Source: an uncultured Rhodospirillales bacterium (lineage in GTDB: Bacteria; Pseudomonadota; Alphaproteobacteria; RF32; CAG-239). From it: a stretch of DNA of 64,000 bases. Positions 8,890 through 18,262 of this stretch are shown piece by piece (the first letter of the stretch is position 1; every line of letters starts with the position of its first letter). Under the pieces are notes generated by a model. That model searched no databases. It was not told the DNA's origin and saw only the letters and a program-made list of their open reading frames with translations. Location of the stretch: NCBI GenBank assembly GCA_902761715.1, contig CACWLK010000005.1:17038-81037 (forward strand), given 5' to 3'. Position numbers and translations under genes: made by a program.

Positions 8890-10728
8890 ATGCAGAAACA
8901 ATACGATGTCATAGTTGTTGGCGGCGGACACGCCGGCTGTGAAGCATGCGCGGCATCTGCCCGCATGGGAGCTAAGACTCTGCTTATCACCCACAAAATT
9001 TCAACTATCGGAGAAATGTCGTGTAACCCTGCAATCGGTGGTCTGGGCAAAGGACATTTTGTCCGTGAAATAGATGCTCTCGACGGTCTTATGGGGCGTG
9101 TTATCGATAAAGCCGGAATCCAGTTTCGTATGTTAAATATGTCAAAAGGACCAGCTGTTCGCGGACCCCGTGCACAAGCAGACCGTGATTTATATCGAAA
9201 ATATATGCTCGAAGCTCTTAAACAGCAACAGAACTTGGAAATTTTGGAAGCAGCTGTTGAAGGATTATTGTTTGAAAATAACTGCGTTATCGGGGTAAAA
9301 CTTTCCGATGATTCCGAAATAACCGCTTCATCAGTTGTTTTAACTACCGGCACATTCTTAAACGGTGTTATGTTTATTGGGCACCAAACCTCAATCGGTG
9401 GTCGAGTTAACGATGTTTCATGTGTTGGTATAACACCGTATTTAAAATCTATGGGAATTAAGGTTGGACGCTTAAAAACAGGCACCCCTGCTCGCTTGAA
9501 CGCTGATTCAATAAATTGGGATATACTTGAAACACAATCCGGTGATAACCCACCTCAACCTTTTTCTTATTTAACCAAAGAAATTACAAATCCACAGATT
9601 AATTGTTATATTACTCATACCAATGAGAAAACTCACCAAATAATCCGTGATAATTTTGAAAAGTGCGCTCTGTTTTCCGGATTAATTAAAGGTGTCGGTC
9701 CTAGATATTGCCCCAGCATTGAAGACAAATTAGTAAAATTTGCTGACCGCACTAGTCATCAAATTTTTCTTGAGCCTGAGGGGTTGAATAGCAAAGTTAT
9801 TTACCCTAACGGATTATCTACCTCACTTCCGGCTGATGTTCAAGATGCATTTTTACATACCATAAAAGGTTTGGAAAATGTAGAAATAATTCGCTATGCT
9901 TATGCAATAGAATATGATTATGTTGATCCGCAGGAACTTAACCATTGTTTACAAGTTAAAAAAATACCTAGCTTATATCTCGCCGGACAAATCAATGGAA
10001 CAACCGGATATGAAGAAGCAGCGGCTCAAGGCATATTAGCCGGTATTAACGCCGCTCTTAACGCCATCGACAAAGGTAAAGAATTTACAATTGATCGCAG
10101 TCAGGCATATATTGGTGTTATGGTTGATGACCTTATAACCAAAGGTGTTGATGAGCCATATCGCATGTTTACATCTCGTTCTGAATATCGCCTGTATCTT
10201 CGTGCTGACAATGCCGACGCCAGATTAACTGAGGCAGGCTATAATATTGGCTGTGTTGGTCAATATCGTTATGACGTGTTCAAAAACAAACAAGAGCAGA
10301 TATCAAAACTTCGCAGCCTTATTGATGATTTAAGCATTCGTCCGCTTGAAATGGAAAAATATAGCATAAAAAAGGATTCCCGCCGCACCGCTTTTAACCT
10401 AATGTCTTATGAAGATGTTTCACGTGAAACAATTTTAAAAATATGGCCCCAACTGACTGAATTTAAACCTGAAATTTATGAAGCTGTTGAAATTGAGGCA
10501 AGATACTCTGGATACATAAAGCGACAGATGGCTGATATCGAATTATTCAAAAAAGATGAACAACTAAAAATTCGTGACGATATAGATTATAGCAAAATTG
10601 GCGGACTATCTAACGAAATGGTAATAAAACTAAGTCGGGTTCGTCCTTCTACCATAGGTGAGGCATCTCGTATATCTGGTGTTACTCCGGCAGCAATTAT
10701 GGCTATTTTAGGGTATATGAAAAAATGA
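8890..10728 (+). CDS. mnmG: tRNA uridine 5-carboxymethylaminomethyl modification enzyme MnmG (GidA)
   Basis: 612 aa. It has the FAD-binding [13 protein letters not shown] motif and [12 protein letters not shown]. Confidence 0.95.
   Translation: MQKQYDVIVVGGGHAGCEACAASARMGAKTLLITHKISTIGEMSCNPAIGGLGKGHFVREIDALDGLMGRVIDKAGIQFRMLNMSKGPAVRGPRAQADRDLYRKYMLEALKQQQNLEILEAAVEGLLFENNCVIGVKLSDDSEITASSVVLTTGTFLNGVMFIGHQTSIGGRVNDVSCVGITPYLKSMGIKVGRLKTGTPARLNADSINWDILETQSGDNPPQPFSYLTKEITNPQINCYITHTNEKTHQIIRDNFEKCALFSGLIKGVGPRYCPSIEDKLVKFADRTSHQIFLEPEGLNSKVIYPNGLSTSLPADVQDAFLHTIKGLENVEIIRYAYAIEYDYVDPQELNHCLQVKKIPSLYLAGQINGTTGYEEAAAQGILAGINAALNAIDKGKEFTIDRSQAYIGVMVDDLITKGVDEPYRMFTSRSEYRLYLRADNADARLTEAGYNIGCVGQYRYDVFKNKQEQISKLRSLIDDLSIRPLEMEKYSIKKDSRRTAFNLMSYEDVSRETILKIWPQLTEFKPEIYEAVEIEARYSGYIKRQMADIELFKKDEQLKIRDDIDYSKIGGLSNEMVIKLSRVRPSTIGEASRISGVTPAAIMAILGYMKK
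9432..9446. repeat. copy 3 of the 15-mer AACACCGTATTTAAA, inside mnmG in a different frame (reads I T P Y L K)
   Basis: Read directly: ggtataacaccgtatttaaaatc. Confidence 0.9.
10417..10432. promoter_or_regulatory. parS centromere-like site (perfect consensus palindrome TGTTTCACGTGAAACA) inside the mnmG coding sequence
   Basis: Exact 16-mer match. It is in-frame and encodes D-V-S-R-E-T in MnmG. Confidence 0.8.
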
Positions 10729-11375
10729 ATAACTTAGCAGAACAAATTATTGAAAATCGTGGTTATCCAACCAAAGAACAGGCACTAAAAATCTGGGAAT
10801 CCGGCATAGTATATCGCCTGTCTCGTCCATATGGTTTTACTTTTGAGAACGAATATCGCTTCCATACCATGGGCGTTGCTTCTGCTGCCGAAAAAATAGC
10901 ACGCTATATTCCATCACTTGATGCAGAAAAAGCTTTTGTTTTAGGGCTTTTGCACGATTATGGCAAAAGAATTAACGAGCGTATTGAGGGTCGCTTTCAT
11001 GGTCAGGAAGGGTACGAGCAAATGCTTAAAATGGGATATCCTGACGTTGCAAAAGTTTGCCTTACCCACACATTCTCTGAACAAAACTTTTCCGATGAAG
11101 AATATTCTTATCCGCAAGAATGGAAAGATTGGGCTCATAACACCTTAAAAAACATAACCTATGATGATTATGATTATTTGATATGTCTGTGTGATAAATT
11201 TTTTGAAGGTTTGTCGATCGTACCAATTTCAAATCGTATTAAGGGAATTATCAAACGTTATCAACTCGGAAAAGTTCAAGAGGAATGTTTGTTCAAACAA
11301 TCAATGAAATTAAAAGAATATTTTGATAAAAAAACCGGTCATGATATTTATGAAATACTGGGAATAAAGGACTAA
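10725..11375 (+). CDS. HD-domain metal-dependent phosphohydrolase
   Basis: 216 aa. [13 protein letters not shown] ... LGLLHDYGK is the H...HD signature. Its start overlaps the mnmG stop in ATGA. Confidence 0.7.
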   Translation: MNNLAEQIIENRGYPTKEQALKIWESGIVYRLSRPYGFTFENEYRFHTMGVASAAEKIARYIPSLDAEKAFVLGLLHDYGKRINERIEGRFHGQEGYEQMLKMGYPDVAKVCLTHTFSEQNFSDEEYSYPQEWKDWAHNTLKNITYDDYDYLICLCDKFFEGLSIVPISNRIKGIIKRYQLGKVQEECLFKQSMKLKEYFDKKTGHDIYEILGIKD

Positions 11376-11376
11376 T

Positions 11377-12207
11377 ATGCAAAAATTCAGCTACCATACT
11401 CATACAACTTTTTCAGACGGAAAAAACAGTGTCAAGGAAATGATTGAACAGGCTGTTTCATTAGGGTGGAAAGAACTTGGAATCAGTGATCACTTAATTG
11501 TACATAAAAATATTCCGAACAGTCCTTCTTGGTATAAATGGCAAAAAGAGCCGGAAATTTTTCATTGGAGTTTTAATGATATATACGAAAAATTTGCTCG
11601 CCATATTGAAGAAATACACAAAACATCCGAAAATTATCCTATATCAGTAAGGGTAGGCGCAGAGGTTGACTTTTTTACATATGATGGCTGGCTTGATGAG
11701 TTTTTAAGACTACGAGAAAAACTCGCGTTTGATTATTTTATTTCCGGCAACCACTACTTGTTTTTAGATGATGCCGGTGAAAATATAATTGACTTTAAGG
11801 ATGCACAAAACCTGCCTATTGAACAGCAAAGCACAATGGTAAAAAGACATTTTAAAACCATAGAAAAAGCGGTTGCGAGCGATCTTTTTAGTTTTATAGC
11901 TCATATAGATTACGTCAGAAAATTGCCACTCTGTGAAAGCGATAAATTTCTTGATGAAAAAATGCAACTTATAAAAACTATAGCCAAGAATAACGCTACC
12001 ACAGAAATCAGCACCAAAGGTATAAGAAAAGGTGGAGATTTTTATCCTGATTGCAACTTGGTTAAAGCTGCGATAGAAAACGGTGTCAGATTTGTTATAA
12101 GTGATGATGCTCACCGCACCGATGAGCTCGGTTACCATTTTGACTACGCTGAAGATGTTCTTAGCCGATTTAACTGTAATTCTCGCTGGCATTTTGTTAA
12201 TAAATAG
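11377..12207 (+). CDS. PHP-domain phosphoesterase (TrpH/YciV-like)
   Basis: 276 aa. YHTHTTFSDG...LGISDHL is the PHP HxH...SDG...DH signature and resembles TrpH/YciV more than HisJ. It starts 1 nt after the HD gene stop. Confidence 0.75.
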   Translation: MQKFSYHTHTTFSDGKNSVKEMIEQAVSLGWKELGISDHLIVHKNIPNSPSWYKWQKEPEIFHWSFNDIYEKFARHIEEIHKTSENYPISVRVGAEVDFFTYDGWLDEFLRLREKLAFDYFISGNHYLFLDDAGENIIDFKDAQNLPIEQQSTMVKRHFKTIEKAVASDLFSFIAHIDYVRKLPLCESDKFLDEKMQLIKTIAKNNATTEISTKGIRKGGDFYPDCNLVKAAIENGVRFVISDDAHRTDELGYHFDYAEDVLSRFNCNSRWHFVNK

Positions 12208-12374
12208 ATTCTCTTTGTTGTTTTATTTGTTTGTATTTAAACAAAAAACATCGTTGTTTTTGTTGTATTGATTCATGTTGTGTTTTTATTTCGTTGAAAA
12301 AGACTGATATTTTTATATGTTCATAAGTCGTTTTTTTATTTTTAAAAAATAAAATTAGAATATATAAAAAGATT

Positions 12375-13007
12375 ATGGAAAGTTTTTGTGATAAATATCA
12401 TGTTTCACGTGAAACATATTTAAAACTCGAGCGTTACTGCCAATCCTTAATCGAATGGCAACAAAAGTTTAACCTCGTAAGCAAAAACACACTCAATGAT
12501 ATTTGGTCTCGCCATATTGAAGATTCTGCGCAAATATTTGAACATATCCCGCAAAAGTCAAAAAAACTACTTGATATCGGGAGCGGAGCAGGGTTTCCCG
12601 GTATGGTTATAGCTATAATGTCGGCAGAAAAAACACCGTATTTAAACATCACACTTGTTGATAGCGTCCTTAAAAAAACAGTGTATTTAAACCACGTTAA
12701 GGAAATTTCTGACCTTAGTAATACTAACATATTAAACTGCAGAATGGAAAAACTGTCAGGACAGAAGTTTGATGTAATTACCGCTCGTGCCGTAACCTCA
12801 TTAGATAATTTGCTGGAATATTCATCTCCGATTCTCTCAAAAAACGGAATATGCATATTCCTAAAGGGCCGCAGCTATAAAGAAGAAATCGCTGCCGCTA
12901 AACACAACTGGAATTTTGATTGTCAGGAAATTCCAAGCCGTACATCAGATGACGGAAAAATATTAATAATCAGCAATATCGTAAAACATGGAGAAAACAA
13001 TGCCTAG
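12375..13007 (+). CDS. rsmG: 16S rRNA (guanine527-N7)-methyltransferase RsmG (GidB)
   Basis: 210 aa. It has VSRETYLKLE, LLDIGSGAGFPG and ITARAV. Confidence 0.9.
   Translation: MESFCDKYHVSRETYLKLERYCQSLIEWQQKFNLVSKNTLNDIWSRHIEDSAQIFEHIPQKSKKLLDIGSGAGFPGMVIAIMSAEKTPYLNITLVDSVLKKTVYLNHVKEISDLSNTNILNCRMEKLSGQKFDVITARAVTSLDNLLEYSSPILSKNGICIFLKGRSYKEEIAAAKHNWNFDCQEIPSRTSDDGKILIISNIVKHGENNA
12401..12416. promoter_or_regulatory. parS centromere-like site (perfect TGTTTCACGTGAAACA) inside the rsmG coding sequence
   Basis: Exact 16-mer match, in-frame, encoding H-V-S-R-E-T in RsmG. Confidence 0.8.
12632..12646. repeat. copy 4 of the 15-mer AACACCGTATTTAAA, inside rsmG (reads K T P Y L N), with a 2-mismatch copy at about 12672-12686
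   Basis: Read directly: gaaaaaacaccgtatttaaacatc. Downstream is aaacagtgtatttaaacc. Confidence 0.9.
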
Positions 13008-13779
13008 AATAATTGCTGTTGCCAACCGCAAAGGCGGTGTTGGAAAAACCACTACAACCGTTAACGTTGCCACCGCAATGGCCGCAACCGGTAAAAAAGT
13101 ATTGGTAATTGACCTTGATCCTCAATGCAATGCCACCACATCACTTGGTTTTGACAAACACAACAACATGGTCTCATCTTATGACGTAATCATCGGCGAA
13201 CGCAGTTTGAATGAAGCTGTAGTCTGGACTGAAATTCCAAATTTTTCATTAGTTCCGTCCTCGCCTGATCTCGCCGGTGCCGAGGTTGAGTTAATTGATA
13301 AAGACCGCCGAGAGTTTTATCTGCGTGATGCTCTTAACAAAACGGTAGGTAACTATGATTATGTTTTAATCGATTGTCCCCCATCTCTCAGCTTGGTAAC
13401 TATAAATGCACTAGTTGCCGCTGATGCCGTTGTTGTTCCCCTGCAGTGTGAATATCTGGCTTTAGAGGGCATGAGCGACCTGATTAGCAACATCAATTTA
13501 ATCAAAAAGCACTTTAACCCCAAACTTGAGCTGCAGGGCGTAGTACTGACCATGTATGACGGACGCAACAACTTGACACAAATGGTTGAAGAAGATGTTC
13601 GCGGCTTTTTTGGTAAAAAAGTTTATAAAACCGTAATACCTCGGAATGTTCGTGTTTCCGAGGCCCCCTCACACGGAAAACCTGTTTTGTTATATGATTT
13701 TAAATGTCCCGGCTCGCAAGCCTATATCAACCTTGCCGGCGAAATGTTAAAAAGAGAAAAGGAATTATTAGCATGCTAG
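12988..13779 (+). CDS. parA: chromosome partitioning ATPase ParA
   Basis: 263 aa. ANRKGGVGKTTTTVNVA is a deviant Walker A motif. Confidence 0.9.
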   Translation: MEKTMPRIIAVANRKGGVGKTTTTVNVATAMAATGKKVLVIDLDPQCNATTSLGFDKHNNMVSSYDVIIGERSLNEAVVWTEIPNFSLVPSSPDLAGAEVELIDKDRREFYLRDALNKTVGNYDYVLIDCPPSLSLVTINALVAADAVVVPLQCEYLALEGMSDLISNINLIKKHFNPKLELQGVVLTMYDGRNNLTQMVEEDVRGFFGKKVYKTVIPRNVRVSEAPSHGKPVLLYDFKCPGSQAYINLAGEMLKREKELLAC

Positions 13780-14660
13780 AAGATAATAAAAGAAAAAGTT
13801 TAGGACGTGGACTTGGCGCTTTATTAGGAGAAGATGCTCTCTTGCTTACCGAAGAAAGTCCTGCACAAGAAAACACCTCATCGGAAAACGTCAAAAAAGT
13901 TCCGGTAAAATTGCTGTATGCAAGTAAATACCAACCACGTTCCGAATTTAATCAGGAAGCACTGGATGCACTGGCGGCATCAATCAAAGAAAAAGGTGTT
14001 TTACAACCACTATTGGTTCGTGCCAAAAATAACGGAAAGTTTGAAATCATTGCTGGTGAACGCCGTTTTAGAGCAGCGTGTCAAGCCGGATTAACCGAAA
14101 TTCCGGTCATTGTAAAAGAAATGGCCGACAAAGAGGTTTTGGAAGTCGCATTGGTTGAAAATTTGTTGCGTGAAAATCTCTCCGCAATTGAAGAGGCTGA
14201 AGGTTTACAGCGATTGATTAACGAATTTTCTCACACTCAGGAAGCTCTTTCTAACGTAATCGGAAAATCACGCAGTTACATAGCTAACACCTTACGCCTT
14301 TTGTCGCTTCCGGCCTCTGTTCAGCAAATGATTCGTGATAACAAACTCACCGCCGGTCACGCTCGTCCTTTAGTCGGTCTTGAAAACGCCGAACGTTTGG
14401 CCGAAAAAATCGTTGCCAAAGGTTTGAGTGTGCGTGAAGTTGAGCAGCTTGTTCAAAAAAGCAAAGAGGCAAAACCGAATATTAAGAAAAAAGTCAACAC
14501 AGATATTGCTGATATCGAAAAGAACCTCAAACGCAGCCTTGGCTTTAATGTCAAAATTTCTTCCTCTGCCAACGGTAGCGGAAAAATCATTTTGCCATAT
14601 GCCAACTTATCTGAGCTTGATCGGATCATTGACGTTTTATCTGCTAAAAAGAATGCATAA
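13773..14660 (+). CDS. parB: chromosome partitioning protein ParB
   Basis: It has the GERRFRAA ParB box and an HTH. I place the start at the in-frame ATG at 13773 (MLEDNKRKSLGRGLG) rather than the track's upstream 13704. Confidence 0.9.
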   Translation: MLEDNKRKSLGRGLGALLGEDALLLTEESPAQENTSSENVKKVPVKLLYASKYQPRSEFNQEALDALAASIKEKGVLQPLLVRAKNNGKFEIIAGERRFRAACQAGLTEIPVIVKEMADKEVLEVALVENLLRENLSAIEEAEGLQRLINEFSHTQEALSNVIGKSRSYIANTLRLLSLPASVQQMIRDNKLTAGHARPLVGLENAERLAEKIVAKGLSVREVEQLVQKSKEAKPNIKKKVNTDIADIEKNLKRSLGFNVKISSSANGSGKIILPYANLSELDRIIDVLSAKKNA

Positions 14661-14731
14661 AAACTAAAAAAAGTAACAATATTTTTACATTCTGCGGCTA
14701 AAATATGAGAATAAAATAGCCACAAAAGGGA

Positions 14732-15748
14732 ATGAACATGTTGTTATTAAAGAAAATATTTTTGGGTTTGATTGCTGCCGGACTGATTTTTGTGGGCGGC
14801 AGCGGAACCCAAAGCAACAGCCTTTTAATGCAGGGTATTGGTCTTGCCGGAATAGTAGCCGGTCTTGCAGTTCTGTATATTTTCGGTAAACTTGTTTGGC
14901 GAGCAATGGGGTGTCTGCCGTCATTTATAATTTTTGGCGGAATTACATGTTTTATACTTTATGCAATCGGCGCCTTCAACGGTGGCGTATATAACGTTAT
15001 TCCCAACATCAAAAATTTTATCGGTATCGGTAGCAACCAAAACCAGCAAGGCGACGATGATATTGAAGTTATAAAACTTGTAGATGAAGAAGCTCCCCAA
15101 GTAACCATAAATGAAAACTTTAGCGACGTGGCTGTAAATAATCAAAATCCTGAACCCGTATCCAATATACAACAACCGGAACAAGACCATGGCGGAGTAC
15201 TCGATTATGTAAGCAATCTGTTTTCAGGCAAAAATAAAACCGATTCCGGAAACTTTAATCCTCGAGATTATCCGGCCGTATATGGTAGTGTACAGGTTGT
15301 CAGCGGAGACACATTGTTAATGCGCCGCCACTTTATCCGTCTTTACGGCATAGATGCTCCGGAAATCAAACAAACCTGTATCACCTCGCGCGGCAGTACA
15401 TATTATTGCGGAAAAGAAGCTTCTCGCTGGCTTCAAAGTTGGCTCGGAGACAACGAGATTGAGTGTCATGTTCTCAAACAAAATTCTCAAGGCAATGTTG
15501 TTGCCACCTGTTCCCTTGGAGAATATGATATTGGTGCGGCATTGGTATCTGCCGGTTGGGCAGTAAGTCTGCCGCAAAATGAAATTTATGCCCCATACGA
15601 ACTGCAAGCACAAAAGGCTCGCAGAGGTATGTGGAAAGGAAAATTTTATAAACCGTGGGACTGGATAAAACTTCAATCCATTCGCCCAAAAATAAAAATT
15701 AACAAACCAAAAACAAAAACCGGAAAACGTCTTTGGGATTTTATATAA
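14732..15748 (+). CDS. membrane-anchored thermonuclease (staphylococcal nuclease, SNase) family protein
   Basis: 338 aa. It has N-terminal TM helices, a low-complexity Q/N/E linker, and a C-terminal SNase-like domain (LYGIDAPE...YYCGKEASRWL...ECHVL...DIGAALVSAGWAV...AQKARRGMW). Confidence 0.7.
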   Translation: MNMLLLKKIFLGLIAAGLIFVGGSGTQSNSLLMQGIGLAGIVAGLAVLYIFGKLVWRAMGCLPSFIIFGGITCFILYAIGAFNGGVYNVIPNIKNFIGIGSNQNQQGDDDIEVIKLVDEEAPQVTINENFSDVAVNNQNPEPVSNIQQPEQDHGGVLDYVSNLFSGKNKTDSGNFNPRDYPAVYGSVQVVSGDTLLMRRHFIRLYGIDAPEIKQTCITSRGSTYYCGKEASRWLQSWLGDNEIECHVLKQNSQGNVVATCSLGEYDIGAALVSAGWAVSLPQNEIYAPYELQAQKARRGMWKGKFYKPWDWIKLQSIRPKIKINKPKTKTGKRLWDFI

Positions 15749-16207
15749 ATGAGCAAAGTTGAGTTTATATGTGCCACAGAAAAAGATACTGCAGATGTCG
15801 GTCAAAAATTGGCTAAAATAGCTCGCAAAGGCGACGTGTTTGCTCTTTTTGGTACGCTTGGAATGGGCAAAAGTGTTTTATCTCGTGCCTTTATTAAGTC
15901 TCTTACTTCTGCAGAAGAAGTTCCCAGCCCGACTTTTACTTTGGTTCAAACTTATGAAACTGCCGATTTTGATATATATCATTTTGACCTGTATCGCATA
16001 AAATCTGCCGATGAAATTTTTGAGCTTGGAGCCGAAGAAGCCATCTATGAAGGAGTTTGTCTTATTGAATGGCCTGAAAAAATGGGACCATATTTACCCA
16101 ATAATGCTTTTCGGGTTGAAATAACCCCGTTTGCCAGCGGTAGAAAAATAACCATAGAAACAAAAGACATAAACAAACAGAAGAGGCTTGAAACCCTTGT
16201 CAATTGA
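15749..16207 (+). CDS. tsaE: tRNA threonylcarbamoyladenosine biosynthesis ATPase TsaE (YjeE)
   Basis: 152 aa. FALFGTLGMGKSVLSR is the P-loop. PSPTFTLVQTY and HFDLYRI are also present. Confidence 0.85.
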   Translation: MSKVEFICATEKDTADVGQKLAKIARKGDVFALFGTLGMGKSVLSRAFIKSLTSAEEVPSPTFTLVQTYETADFDIYHFDLYRIKSADEIFELGAEEAIYEGVCLIEWPEKMGPYLPNNAFRVEITPFASGRKITIETKDINKQKRLETLVN

Positions 16208-16622
16208 GAATATTCATACCACAGCGGTTGCAATTGACGGAGCCGCCGTTTTATTAATAGGGGCTCCCGGCAGTGGAAAGTCTGATTTGGCCTTGCGCCT
16301 GATTATGAACAAAAACGCAGTATTAATTGCCGATGATCGTGCTGATATTTCACTTGATAACGGTGCTCTCAAAGTTTCGTGCCCGAAAAGTATTAGAGGC
16401 ATGCTTGAGGTTAGGGGGGTTGGCATCTGTAAATTTCCGTATTTATCATCTGCAAAAGTCAAACTTGCCGTAAAACTTGTTTCCTCTTTTTCTGATGTAG
16501 AACGCCTTCCTGAGCCTGAAACCGCAAGCTTTCTGGGAGTAGAAATCCCACAAATAAATCTATATCCGTTTGAGTCATCAGCGCCTGATAAAATACTCGC
16601 AGCTTGTTACAAAAATCGATAG
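16188..16622 (+). CDS. hprK: short-form HPr kinase/phosphorylase (C-terminal domain only, as in alphaproteobacteria)
   Basis: 144 aa. HTTAVAIDGAAVLLIGAPGSGKSDLALRLI and LEVRGVGI are present. It has a TTG start and overlaps tsaE by 20 nt. Confidence 0.8.
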   Translation: MKPLSIENIHTTAVAIDGAAVLLIGAPGSGKSDLALRLIMNKNAVLIADDRADISLDNGALKVSCPKSIRGMLEVRGVGICKFPYLSSAKVKLAVKLVSSFSDVERLPEPETASFLGVEIPQINLYPFESSAPDKILAACYKNR

Positions 16623-16685
16623 AACTGTTGCATTTTTTACCTTGGTAATCTATTATTCGGCTATGATTTTATAAGGAATAACCGA

Positions 16686-17474
16686 ATGAAAAAATATATA
16701 GAAAATTTCTTAAGAGCTCTCGGGAAACCCCTTGTTGGCTTTGTTTCTCGCCTTGGAGAACTGTCTTTATTTATCACCAGAGCTTTATACAATTGTGTAA
16801 CGCCGCCGTTTTATCCCAAACTTTTGCTTCGTCAAATGATTGATATCGGTTTTTATTCACTGCCGGTTGTGGCTTTGACCACAGTTTTTGCCGGTATGGT
16901 AATTGCCCTGCAAACCAATGCCGGTTTTTCAAGTTATGGGGCTGAAAGCGCTGTTGCTACAGTTGTATTAATTGCGGTTACCCGCGAGCTTGCCCCTGTG
17001 TTTTCGGGGCTGATGGTTGCCGGACGTATTGGTGCTGCAATGGCTGCAGAAATAGGCACTATGCGGGTTACCGAACAAATTGACGCCTTGTCAACACTTT
17101 CAACCAACCCGTTCAAATATTTGGTTACTCCCCGTCTGTTGGCTGGAATTTTAGTTTTGCCGCTTTTGGTCTTAATCGGTGATGTTATTGGTATTTTCGG
17201 TGGCTATACAATTGCTATTTATCAGCTTAAATATAATGCCGCCAACTACATTAACACCACTATAAACGAACTAGCTTTGATAGATGTTACCACCGGTCTG
17301 ATTAAGGGTGCGGTATTTGGTTTTATAATTGCCTTAATGGGCTGCTATAACGGTTACAAATCAAAAGGCGGCGCTCAAGGTGTGGGCAACGCCACGACCA
17401 ACGCCGTTGTTTCGTCATCAATTCTCATTTTAATTTTCAATTATATCATCACCGGCATGATTTTTACGGACTAG
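16686..17474 (+). CDS. mlaE: ABC transporter permease, MlaE (Ttg2B) family
   Basis: 262 aa multi-TM protein that matches the MlaE family. Confidence 0.85.
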   Translation: MKKYIENFLRALGKPLVGFVSRLGELSLFITRALYNCVTPPFYPKLLLRQMIDIGFYSLPVVALTTVFAGMVIALQTNAGFSSYGAESAVATVVLIAVTRELAPVFSGLMVAGRIGAAMAAEIGTMRVTEQIDALSTLSTNPFKYLVTPRLLAGILVLPLLVLIGDVIGIFGGYTIAIYQLKYNAANYINTTINELALIDVTTGLIKGAVFGFIIALMGCYNGYKSKGGAQGVGNATTNAVVSSSILILIFNYIITGMIFTD

Positions 17475-17483
17475 GAGACCACA

Positions 17484-18254
17484 ATGGCAAACGATAAACC
17501 TAAAATAGAAATAAAAAATCTGCACAAATCATTTGGTCACAAGGTGGTTTTAAACGGTGTTGATTTAGAAATAAACGAAGGAGAATCCTTGGTCGTAATC
17601 GGTGGTTCTGGAACCGGAAAATCGGTTCTGATCAAATGCATTCAAGGACTTATTGAGCCCGATGAAGGCTCAATCAAAATCAACGGAAAAGAAACCGTAG
17701 GGATTGATCGCAAAGAAGCCGAAAAGCTTTATTCCAAAATGGGCATGTTGTTTCAGGGCGGGGCTTTATTTGACAGTTTGAGCGTTTGGGAAAATGTTGC
17801 TTTTGGTTTAATCGAAAATCAAAAACTTCCACGCAAAAAAGCCAAAGAAAAAGCAATAAAATATTTGCGCCAGGTCGGGCTTAGCGCAGACGTAGCAGAT
17901 CTCTCGCCGTCAGAACTTTCCGGCGGTATGCAAAAACGTGTCGGTTTGGCCCGTGCAATTGCTACCAAACCCGAAATTATCTTTTTTGATGAGCCGACAA
18001 CCGGACTTGATCCGATAATGGCAGATGTTATTAATGATCTAATTATTAACTCGGTCAAAAAAATCGGCGCCAGCGCTTTAACCATTACCCACGATATGGC
18101 TTCTGCCCGCAAAATTGCTGACCGAATTGCTATGCTTTATCAGGGCAAAATTATCTGGCAGGGGACCGTAAAAGAACTTGAAAAAACGGACAATCCGTAT
18201 GTTTTACAATTTGTACAGGGCAGCTCTCAAGGTCCTATAAAAGTTGAAATTTAG
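17484..18254 (+). CDS. mlaF: ABC transporter ATP-binding protein, MlaF family
   Basis: It has Walker A GGSGTGKS, the ABC signature LSGGMQKRVGLA and Walker B IIFFDEPT. Confidence 0.85.
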   Translation: MANDKPKIEIKNLHKSFGHKVVLNGVDLEINEGESLVVIGGSGTGKSVLIKCIQGLIEPDEGSIKINGKETVGIDRKEAEKLYSKMGMLFQGGALFDSLSVWENVAFGLIENQKLPRKKAKEKAIKYLRQVGLSADVADLSPSELSGGMQKRVGLARAIATKPEIIFFDEPTTGLDPIMADVINDLIINSVKKIGASALTITHDMASARKIADRIAMLYQGKIIWQGTVKELEKTDNPYVLQFVQGSSQGPIKVEI

Positions 18255-18262
18255 GAGCAAAC

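Noticed and set aside
7429-12646. Explanation of the 15-mer repeat as a coincidence of conserved TPYL peptides
   Set aside because: Only two of the four copies share a frame. One is in another frame (NTVFK) and one is noncoding, so codon-level conservation cannot produce four identical 15-mers. I keep it as a finding.
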